A stretch of DNA of 64,000 nt from Adineta vaga. Taxonomy: Eukaryota; Animalia; Rotifera. The notes under the pieces were generated by a model that worked only from the letters and a program-made list of their open reading frames with translations, did not search any database and was not told the DNA's origin. The stretch spans positions 2,108,001-2,172,000 of the forward strand of contig CP075493.1 in NCBI GenBank assembly GCA_021613535.1. Direction: 5' to 3'. Position numbers and translations under genes: made by a program. Positions 54,183 to 64,000 of the stretch are shown here, piece by piece (position 1 is the stretch's first letter; every line of letters starts with the position of its first letter).

Positions 54183-56321
54183 ATGACAAGTAGCAAATCA
54201 ACATCAGTTTCAAAGGAAACACATAGACGTCATCGTCGTCTTGATATTCAAAAGATCCAAAATGTGCTACTTATATGGTTAGATAGCAACATCGATGACA
54301 ATAACGAGGATTGTCAAAATACCATGACACAACTTCGACATATCGTCAACGATCTGAATATTTATACAGATGGTGATAGATGCATTCAATTCATTGAAAC
54401 CATCAAAGATCGTAAAGGATGTATGATTATTTCAGGTTCACTTGGACAGCTTATTGTACCTCAGGTACATGACTTGTCTGAAGTGGACTCCATTTTCATC
54501 TTCTGTGGCAACAAACAACGACATGAAGGATGGGCAAAAGAATGGCCAAAGATCAAGGGAGTCTTCACAGATATCAAACCTATATGTGAAGCTCTCAAAC
54601 AAGCAGCAGCACAATGTGAACAAAATGCTGTATCAATGAGTTTCGTGTCATCTGGCAAAAAGTTGGATCAACTAGATCCTTCTTTCATGTACACTCAGAT
54701 CCTCAAGGAGATCATAATGACCATCAAATTCGACGACACACATATTCGAGATTACGCCAATTATTGTCGTGATGGTTTTAATGATAACAAAGAAGAGTTG
54801 AAAAAAATTAAACAGTTAGAGCGGCAATATCATAGTAGAACACCTATCTGGTGGTATACTTATGAATGTTTCTTATATCCAATGCTCAATCGTGGAATTC
54901 GAATGATGGATGGCGACATCATGACACGAATGGGTTTCTTTATTAATGATCTACATCGACATATCGAATCCGTGCATGAAGAACAACATATTGATCATGT
55001 TTTCACAGTTTATCGTGGACAAGGATTATCAAAGGCAGATTTCCATCAACTAAAGCAAACAAAAGGTGGATTACTATCATTTAACAACTTCTTATCCACC
55101 AGCAAGGATATAGATGTTTCACTTTTATTTGCCAAAGAGAATATTAGTAATCCAGATTTGGTGGCAATTTTATTCGTAATGACAATTGATCCAAAACAAT
55201 CAACAACAACATTTGCATCAATTCGTCATCTTAGTGCCATTGAGGATGAGGATGAAGTGCTATTTTCAATGCACAGTGTGTTTCGTATTCAGGATATCAA
55301 ACAAATGGGTGGAAACAATAAACTCTTCGAAGTGAGTTTGACACTGACCAGTGATAGTGACAAAGATTTACATGCACTGACTGAGCGCATACGAGAAGAA
55401 AGTTTTCCAAACTCGAGAGGGTGGTACAGATTGGGTTTAGTACTAACTAAACTGGGTCAAAATGATAAGGCTGAAGAGATTTATGAAATGCTACTTGATC
55501 AAGCAACGAAGGAGAGTGACAAGGCACCAATTTATCATCAACTTGGTTGGATCAAAAACAATCGAGGAGAATATGAAGAGGCAATTGGATTCTATCAAAA
55601 ATCACTTGCTATCTATGAGAAAACTCTTTCTCCTCAAGATCCTAGTTTGGCTTCATCTTACAACAACATCGGTTTGGTGTATGGCAAGATGGGTGACTAT
55701 CCAAAAGCACTTTCATCTCTTGAGAAAGCCCTTGCAATTTGGCAACAATCACTTCCTCCAAATCATCCTGATTTGGCTTCATCTTACAACAACATCGGTT
55801 TAGTGTATTTCAACATGGGTGACTATCCAAAAGCACTTTCATCTCATGAAAAAGCCCTTGCAATTAGTCAACAATCACTTCCTCCAAATCATCCTGATTT
55901 GGCTTCATCTTACAACAACATCGGTTTAGTGTATTTCAACATGGGTGACTATCCAAAAGCACTTTCATCTCATGAAAAAGCCCTTGCAATTAGTCAACAA
56001 TCACTTCCTCCAAATCATCCTGATTTGGCTTCATCTTATGGCAACATCGGTTTGGTGTATGGCAAGATGGGTGACTATCCAAAAGCACTTTCATCTCATG
56101 AAAAAGCCCTTGCAATTTGGCAACAATCACTTCCTCCAAATCATCCTGATTTGGCTTCATCTTACAACAACATCGGCGCAGTATATGAAGCCATGAAGAA
56201 CTATTCAAAAGCCTGTTCATTTTATGAGCGTGCTGTACAAATTACAGAAAAATCCTTGCCTTCAGGACATCCTAATCTTCGAATGTATAGAAATAACCTT
56301 GCAGACATGAAAAAGAAATAA
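54183..56321 (+). CDS. Mono-ADP-ribosyltransferase (R-S-E class) with N-terminal alpha/beta domain and C-terminal 42-aa TPR array; intronless, 712 aa
   Basis: 'VYRGQGL', 'FLSTSKD', 'EDEDEVLF' catalytic motifs; repeats 'HPDLASSYNNIGLVY..MGDYPKALSSHEKALAI'. Confidence 0.9.
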   Translation: MTSSKSTSVSKETHRRHRRLDIQKIQNVLLIWLDSNIDDNNEDCQNTMTQLRHIVNDLNIYTDGDRCIQFIETIKDRKGCMIISGSLGQLIVPQVHDLSEVDSIFIFCGNKQRHEGWAKEWPKIKGVFTDIKPICEALKQAAAQCEQNAVSMSFVSSGKKLDQLDPSFMYTQILKEIIMTIKFDDTHIRDYANYCRDGFNDNKEELKKIKQLERQYHSRTPIWWYTYECFLYPMLNRGIRMMDGDIMTRMGFFINDLHRHIESVHEEQHIDHVFTVYRGQGLSKADFHQLKQTKGGLLSFNNFLSTSKDIDVSLLFAKENISNPDLVAILFVMTIDPKQSTTTFASIRHLSAIEDEDEVLFSMHSVFRIQDIKQMGGNNKLFEVSLTLTSDSDKDLHALTERIREESFPNSRGWYRLGLVLTKLGQNDKAEEIYEMLLDQATKESDKAPIYHQLGWIKNNRGEYEEAIGFYQKSLAIYEKTLSPQDPSLASSYNNIGLVYGKMGDYPKALSSLEKALAIWQQSLPPNHPDLASSYNNIGLVYFNMGDYPKALSSHEKALAISQQSLPPNHPDLASSYNNIGLVYFNMGDYPKALSSHEKALAISQQSLPPNHPDLASSYGNIGLVYGKMGDYPKALSSHEKALAIWQQSLPPNHPDLASSYNNIGAVYEAMKNYSKACSFYERAVQITEKSLPSGHPNLRMYRNNLADMKKK
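55647..56176 (+). repeat. 126-bp near-identical tandem coding repeats (4+ units)
   Basis: ttggcttcatctta recurs at 55647, 55773, 55899, 56025 and 56151. Confidence 0.95.
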
Positions 56322-57037
56322 TTCGTGTTGTATTCTATTTTTCTGTAATGAAAAGAAAACTATTAAATGAATGAATCGCGCGGGTACAGAAAAACTCTAC
56401 TCACTGTTTGAAAAACACTAACTGGGCAGTATCACCCACCGTATTAGACATGTATATATATTGCTAGAAAAGACCTACACGGTTATGTTTGCTGGTATCA
56501 AACACAACAAGAAGAATTTTTCTGCGTTGAGTGTGAAAGAATAGCCACTCAACAGACTTGTAACAATAAAGTACATATATTTGATGAATAATTCATTTGT
56601 GTTCCGGCAAAAGAATCATTTATCGTATAAATGCATAGAGAAGAAGAAAATCGAAAAAGAATATATATCATTTTAAAATAGTGTGGAACAGTTCACTATT
56701 TTAAGATCAGTATAGACTGAATGACAAGTGAAAGTCTGTTTATATATGGTAGTGTAATTATATCAGACGAGAAAAATCATTTTATCTTGTATTGATGTAT
56801 GAAAAGACGGAGCGGGCAGCATTAATAGATAAGAAACATAAAATCGATTATTCTTTATCTTTGTAAGATATTTCCCTTCATTAAAATCCGTAATTTGTAT
56901 ACTCGCAGAATGTTTAAATCTAATCGCGAGGAAGAAAACATGTCACTTTTTGATAATGCTGCAAGAATTAATATAATTCTATGTGTATAACATTTCCTAG
57001 GGCCGACGGAACGTTTTCAAATAGGACAAGGCTCAGT

Positions 57038-57201
57038 CAATGGCGAATTGAAGGAGATGAGGGGGTGGTTGCGATCGCACCTTATTAAAAGTTTTTTTTT
57101 AATAAATCAAGCCCAAAATAAGTCGAAATAACCTTTATTAGACTTCAAGTGGTTTGTAACCTAAATCGCACCCAGTTATAAAAATAATAGATCCACCACT
57201 T
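57038..57201. mobile_element. Degenerate ~164-bp hAT-like MITE
   Basis: Ends CAATGGCGAATT and GATCCACCACTT (CAGTGGCGGATC-like TIR); flanking 8-mers ggctcagt/tgctcagt; internal ATCGCACC twice. Confidence 0.6.
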
Positions 57202-60134
57202 TGCTCAGTTAAACCCTATATATTGTGCGCCAAACTTGTTTTCTGCTTTTACTAAACAAATGAAAAGTTCTGAACACAAAACTGTAGTTTGAAATGCGAA
57301 CTATTTATTTGTGTTGTGATTTTCGAAACAAAGTACTATCTCCTTCCCAGATAGACAAAACTTGTTAAAATACGCGTTGAAATTTCGTTATAACAGCGTT
57401 TTTACGAATTTTAAGCTATTTTCAAAGATATGATAACTACTTATTTCACATTAGGTCATATGTCCAAAAAATGCTTGTCTTCTTTCTTTTGATGATAAGA
57501 TGTGGAAGAATTATAGCACAGAAGCTCGCATTTCGAAATAAGAGGTACTTTTGATCCAAAAAAGACGATAAAGATGATATTGCTAGTTCTGAAAAAGCTC
57601 CAGGTTATTCATGTTTGGTAATTCATATGCATTACGAGGAAATGTGGACTGCCATTCAGATTCATTAGTTGAGTTCGTTGGACGATCAATAAAATCGACC
57701 AAAAAATGTCATCAGCAGAATTTTCTGTAGGAAACGAGGATTTTTTGTCTCTTAACTTTTCAGTAAAATTCAAGAATTGATCTAGCAGAACGTTTCATCG
57801 ATATAGTTTGTTAAAATCTAAACGTTGACATAGATGATATACCCGGAAGAGATTACTTCTTGTCTAGTAAACATTTATGAAAACATGAACTCGGATTTTA
57901 TTAAGAAGAAAGAAGAGCACTCTTATAGTTTTCTGTCACTCTTGTCACTCTAGCTAACATACGATTTCTGAAACAATTTCGTCGAAACTTTGATAATTAT
58001 TTTAAGTTTCATTTGATGATTAAAATAAAGCTATTGATAAGACGATAAAAGAAATTTAGTCGAAGATGCCTAATTTGTTTGTTTCAGTCATATAATTCTA
58101 CTGTTCATTCAGATAGAACATTGTCTTTTTTCTGTAAATAAACTAAAAGATGTCATTAGAAATCATATTTACATAGTTTATTAGGTCCAGTTTCACATCA
58201 ATGTTCTAATTTTCTTCAATAGAGATTAAACACAAAGCATACGATAAAGTACAATCTTTGTATTTATATAAAACTATTCTTATCGACCAAGTCGATGTTG
58301 AGTAAATTTCAATATCAGAATCTAAATTCGGGTAAGGATGAGCCTCGCTCAGCCTAGGCGTTCCACCGCCTATAGCATTGCCATTCGTGTCAAAAAATCA
58401 ATGAGAAAATGTTGAATAACACAAACCAATAGATTGTTTCACCATTTTATTAAAGACAAACTTCCACAATTATTCATTGATCGTTCTATCTCTATCCTAG
58501 TAAATAATTAAATTAAATTTGAATGTGATTTTCTGTCATTGTGTTGTGTAGAAATGAATCGATCCTATGCTAATCTATGTATTAATTAGATCCCTTGATA
58601 TACATGGTTTCAATTATTTTATCATAGGTAGAAGTGAGCAACATATTTTATGCGTTTTCTTCTTCGATTTATATCTCGTCTTGCTCTCTTTCTCTCTAAT
58701 TCTATACATTATCATACCATAGAGAAATTTCTCTATTTTTTCCTTTAATGAATACAATCTTTCTTAGAAGAAAGTGCCAACTTTTATTATTATTCGTATA
58801 GGTATTTATAATGACGTTGAATTGAATTTCATCATTCATACTCAAAATGGTTTTGAAAACAAATACTAAGAATATTATAATGTACGCTTTATTCATCATC
58901 TTCAATTAATTCACAAGAAGCAAAAACTCTGTTTTAAACACCAATCTTTTTGATTTAATAAAATTAACACAAAAATGATTCAGTTTGAACTATAAAGATA
59001 AAAGAGCTTTTATATTGATTTCGAAATATAATTTCAAATTATTCATAAATATTTCATCAGAGACAACGAATTTTTCTTCCGTGTTGTTTTTTTATTGGAA
59101 AAGATGAAGATTGTTCCTTAAAACTTATCTTTTGATTGATAGGAAAAAGAAATCAACTTGACGTTTCTTACTAAAATTAAATTCGAGTTTTATTATTATT
59201 TGATTCATTTTTCGAAGATTTCTCGCAAAAAAATCTGATATCAGTAATTTAAATTATTAACGACTCGGATATTTTAAAAGTCATTTATGCAACTTTAATA
59301 TGGAAATAGAATCAATTAGAATATAATATTCCAGTAACTGACTTCATGATTATTTTGATTTCTAGTCAACTGATGATAGAAAAAGATAGATAAAGCATGA
59401 AAGTTTTCGTTTATTTCTGATGAGTAATGTAAAAGAAATCTTATTCTATAAATTGATCTGTGTATCGCTCGCTATGAATGAGAAATAATTTTATCTTGTA
59501 TTCATCTATGAAAAGACAAGGCGAATAACATAAATAGAGAAGAAAACACATTTTTGCTATCATCTTGGAATTTTCCGTCGTCACAAAATCGATCGACCCT
59601 TTTCATCTATACAAGGATATTTTTGAGGACAACCTCAGAGTTTAAGCGATATGAAACTAAAGCTATTAAGATAAGATAATCAATATTTTCTAAATAATTG
59701 TATAACGGATATGTCGGACCAAAGTTTTTGTGAAAGATCTATTAAGTATCAGCTGCAATAAAATGAAGAATTTTATAAATATTTTATCTTAAAAGACATT
59801 CTATTCGATTACAAATTATTAATCTAAATTTATTTTTGACTTTAATGACGTCTATATGAATATTCCAAAAGACAAAAAAAGCACATTATATTATTTTCTA
59901 TGTCGAAATTAATGATTGATGATAATTTTAATCTTTTTCAAATGAAATTATTAATTTTTATCACTCTGTTCTCATCTGAAAATTTTTCCTAGATGAAGAT
60001 TTTTTTCCATAAATTTTCGAGAATTTATTTATTCGATAAAAATTAAACGAAAATATTCCGAAATAAAACATAGATTGAACAGTTAATTTGACATTTTTTT
60101 CTGTTAAATTTGTTTTAAGGAGTAAGAATGCAAC

Positions 60135-60169
60135 AATTCCAATTCTAGAATTGATCTAGAATTGGAATT
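60135..60169. repeat. Perfect 15-bp inverted repeat with 5-nt loop
   Basis: aattccaattctaga-attga-tctagaattggaatt, with outer ATGCA/TGCAT. Confidence 0.85.
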
Positions 60170-61343
60170 AATGCATCTCTAATGATTTCGAATTTCTTTA
60201 TATTTCATATCGTCAATTATTAATGAAATTATTTATTAAATATCTTTGTTATATTATTCTTTGTGATACTCAGATCAATCAAATTTGAATCATAATCAAC
60301 GAAGAAAATACAATGTAAAACTTTTTGTTCGTATCTTTTATGATCTCAAAAATGAACATATATCAACATCTAACTTACTCTTTCAAAAGATACACGTTTT
60401 ATCAAATTTCAATTGACTAAACTCGTCGATATATGATGGATAATAACTTCAAAATTTTACATAAGTAATCAAAATTCCTTTAAAAGAAAACATTGATCTG
60501 AATATTCTGATATAGAAATACATACAGTTCGATCAGATAAATGCAATGATGAAATCTTTTTAGCAGTTTCTGGATTTCTTTTGCAAAATATATTTCGAAT
60601 AAGTATGATTGGATGAGATCTTTATTAATCAAATGTTTAAAAAATATCTACAACATTGACGAGAAATTGAAAGCAATCGATCAAACGTTTTTCTTCATTT
60701 GTTTTGTATTCAGCATAATCAAGAGAACCTCAGATGCAAATAAAGATATTGTCTTATGAATGTTATAAATTTTCAACCAGAATTCATTAGACCTATTTCT
60801 TCTTACGTATTCTTAAGTATTTGAGAAGCAAAGTACCGGGAAAAGAAGCTATTCTAGAAATGAGTACTTAAAATTTACTCGCATTTTTCGAAGATTTTGT
60901 CGCAACAAAATCTCGTATTTAATATAGAACTATACGATCAAGAATAGTTACTTTTTACGATAGAACTATGGTGAAGAAGAGAACTTATCCAAAAAAATTT
61001 GATTCAACATGAATTTCTCTATTTTGAAAATAGATTGAATGACAAACAGAAATTTTATTTTTATCGAGTTGTTCGTTTTTTTGTTATTCAAAATTTATCA
61101 CGTGGAGTTTTAAAAATGTTAACAACAAACCTTTTGTCTTTACTTGTGAAAAAACATTTGTTGTCTTTTTTTGCATATAAACAGAGGTATTTATTATTTA
61201 TAATACATTTGATCAATTTCTTCAAAAAAATATATTCAAGTTTCTGACTTCACAGGAGAAGGCTAGCAACTAACGTCTGTATACTCCCACATCCTCAAGA
61301 TTCCACTTGAGCAGATGCCACGTTTATTTACATTCTTTTAAAT

Positions 61344-61996
61344 GAAAGTGTTGCTCTGGCAAATCAGTGTTGCCACCGATTTGCACGATTTCGTCATCGC
61401 AACATGTATTTTTTCGTAATTATATTTACCTCTTGGTAATTTGTAATAAGCAATTTATCTACACAGTGTGTGAACCACGACATCTACTCTGTCTCTACAC
61501 TTTGTACTTTAGCATCATTCACCTACGACGTCAACAGGTTTTAACAAGTACCAGATCTTCTCGCATCTATTCTTGTGCCAACCACTGATGGAAGACATGC
61601 ATCATTAATTAATTTTTCATTATTGTTTATTCTTGTTGTGACGAAAGAAGAACAATAGACATTTATGTTCATTGTACTCATTCATTATCAGTCATTCGAT
61701 AACCGACGATGCATATCAGAGAATCATTATCATTAATACAACTGAAGATCGTGTTCAATTCTGATATGCAGGGTTCATTTGAATACATGATGTGATACTG
61801 GAACACCCCTATTTTGTTTGCTTCTTTCAAAACAATAGATGTAAGGACACTAAAAACCTCTTGCTGCACACCTCATCTAGACAAGTTATTTATTACAATT
61901 TACCAAGAGGTAAATATCCTAACGGATAAAATACTTGTTGCGATGACGAAATCATGCGGATCGGTGGCAACACTGATCTGCCAGAGCGACACTTTC
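61344..61996. repeat. Inverted duplication of ~118-bp arms (61344-61461 and 61878-61996) of decayed coding sequence
   Basis: Both arms encode 'YY.LPRGKY...VAMTKSC.SVATLICQS.TF' on opposite strands. Confidence 0.8.
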
Positions 61997-62817
61997 TTTG
62001 AATGAAAAAAAATATCATCACTTCTTTACATTGCAAAATCAAAGAAACATCAACCGAAAAACGTTTGATTAATTTGTCTCATAAAAATGGAAAGATTGGT
62101 GAGACTGAATTGAGTGTACTCGAAACTCGGCCATAGATCGTTTCGACACGAGCAGTACCATCGAGTTAGGTCCACTTTTACCACAGACATTATACTTGCT
62201 ATGAAATCATTCGTATTAATAGGTTGATTACAAATTGTACATGTACATCGAAAATCTTTAATTACGAATATTCTATAAGTCACTCAAGATAGAATATTTT
62301 GACAGAGAGAAAGTCTCCCAAAGCTAAGAAGAAAGGATATTTTATATTAAGATATTTTATGAGAATATAAATTTTTATCCATTTTCGATCTTCTCTCATC
62401 CACACTCTCAAGTTTGATTACTGTTAGTTGTAAAATGGCTTCGAGAGAAGATCACACGTTCTCGTCACTGTAAAACAAAAACGTATGTGTCTCTATCAAC
62501 CTCATGATATATCCAATGTTTTTATTTTAACATGCAATTACAATTGTTCTATGACACATATTCTATATCCGCTAATCTTATTAAGTAATACAAATGAAAT
62601 AAGAAAGTATAAAATCGTAATGGAAGAGAATGTCGATGAACTATATTTTTCGTTTTCTGTAAACATATACATACACATTTGATTCTTTTGTAGATCATTG
62701 TTATGTTAAGTTTGCTTTAACTACAATTACATATTGAAAAAAAAGGAGTGAAGCTTATCATCTGAGATTCTTCGTATTGTACATCATAGAATATTTATAA
62801 AAATATTTTTATTTTGG

Positions 62818-63018
62818 GCTCCAAAAAAGAAAGGTGGCAAGAAGAAAACGGGAAAGAAAGGATCGAAATGACCAGTCATCTTTGATGGCCGTCCAGCCGC
62901 TGAGGTATATCAATTAATTATTGAGTTATTTCTTCTTCAACAAGAAATTCTTGTGTATCTATAGATGACAAAAGAAGAATTAGAAGATCATTTAGTTCAT
63001 ATCCGTGAAGAACTTGAG
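62818..63018 (+). pseudogene. GAS8: GAS8/DRC4 5' fragment, intron retained, premature stop
   Basis: 'APKKKGGKKKTGKKGSK*PVIFDGRPAAE|MTKEELEDHLVHIREELE' matches the GAS8 N-terminus; TGA 62869-62871; intron 62905-62964; similarity ends abruptly. Confidence 0.75.
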
Positions 63019-63525
63019 AATAATATATGATAACTGGTTCATAGCATGAAAATATATTCATCAGATGCTGATAGAAAAATATTGAATTCCTATGAAAAGA
63101 ATGGCCACCTTATGTTAACAAAAAAAATTTTTATTGAATTAATTATTATACATTTTTTGCACGAAATCTGTGTATAGTATTCTTGTGATTGAAAGTTTTC
63201 TCAATATGATGAAAATAAATTTTTGTTATGTTTGAAGAGTCTTGAATTGCAAAAGAAAGACTAAAACCTTAATATTTAACTAGTAGAAAAAATGTAATAC
63301 AAAGTCTCATTAATATAATTCAAAACTAAAACTTGAAGAAGCATTACAAGTTATACTCATTGAAAAAATCTCGCGCATGATCTTGATGCTTTTGATTATA
63401 AATACATGAACATGTACAGAAAAACAAAGTACTTAAAGAATATGTTAAAAATAAATCGAAAAACGTGAATATTATGGAAAAAAATCGAATATATTGTCTT
63501 GATTACTTTGAATATCAAGCACAGT

Positions 63526-63983
63526 TTATGTCGTACAGTATCTAGTGGAGCAATAGCTCATTGTTGTTAGATAGTAAACAAAAAAATCACCGCAATTAGT
63601 TGCCAGAACGACGTTTACCGAATATGGTGAATAGCATAAATTTCCCGAATAATTAACACATACTGAACCAGTTGTTGTAGTACCAGCAGTTGAAGAGAGA
63701 GTACCATTAAACCAGCCTGGATAACTTGTGCCACAATTATACATACTAACAGGCGATGTGGCTAATCGAGTACCAGATGCGCCGGTAAATCGATACCATC
63801 CTGTTGATAAAGAACTATCGCAATAACAGCCACTACAACTTGTATAAGCAGCATTTCGATCAGCTTCTGATCGTGTAGTATAGGTGCTACATTGAGAAGG
63901 AAGAGTTACAGAACTTCCGCTTGATCCTGAACCTGAGGAGCTATTCGAATTTGTGCTTGCAGTATTGCAATTTCTTGCTGATT
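63526..63983 (-). CDS. Last exon of a uromodulin/GP2/OIT3-like D8C-domain protein (gene continues past the window end)
   Basis: 'CDSSLSTGWYRFTGASGTRL...CGTSYPGWFNGT...VC...TNCGDFFVYYL...CSTRYCT*'; acceptor at 63985-63984. Confidence 0.85.
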
Positions 63984-64000
63984 CTAAAGAAAGTTTGCAT

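Noticed and set aside
55647-56176. CRISPR-like regular repeats
   Set aside because: In-frame coding TPR units with no unique spacers, in eukaryotic context.
58330-58390. Short GC-rich stretch considered as a tRNA or ncRNA
   Set aside because: No cloverleaf or A/B boxes; only a small AGGCG/CGCCT stem.

Overview
AT-rich eukaryotic DNA with many short (~45-65 nt) GT-AG introns. The gene content (ART+42-aa-TPR gene, divergent single-exon GPCR, D8C protein, foreign-looking enzymes among metazoan genes, TGTGGG/TGAGGG repeats) points to a bdelloid rotifer; this is an inference. Bases ~2-49.3 kb are gene-dense: GPCR, NF-YA, EXO5, PPIE, secreted DOPA 4,5-dioxygenase-like, DapF, plant/fungal-type ADP/ATP carrier, frameshifted AKR and DinB, Runx, an orphan, MPHOSPH9, synaptogyrin, CFAP97D, CADPS, IFT80, TMEM170, a second orphan, and an intron-containing mini-MscS channel with an apparent mitochondrial presequence. 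After a head-to-head telomere-like repeat at ~50.1 kb the window turns gene-poor: hAT-type non-autonomous elements, one ADP-ribosyltransferase-TPR gene, decayed duplicated flanks, an inverted pseudogene duplication, a GAS8 fragment and the 3' end of a D8C gene. Best leads: (1) an animal-encoded, apparently mitochondrion-targeted two-helix MscS; (2) a 6-kb patch of non-metazoan enzymes; (3) operon-like same-strand runs with splice acceptors next to the ATG, suggesting SL trans-splicing. All homology calls come from recognised motifs and manual splicing, not database searches.
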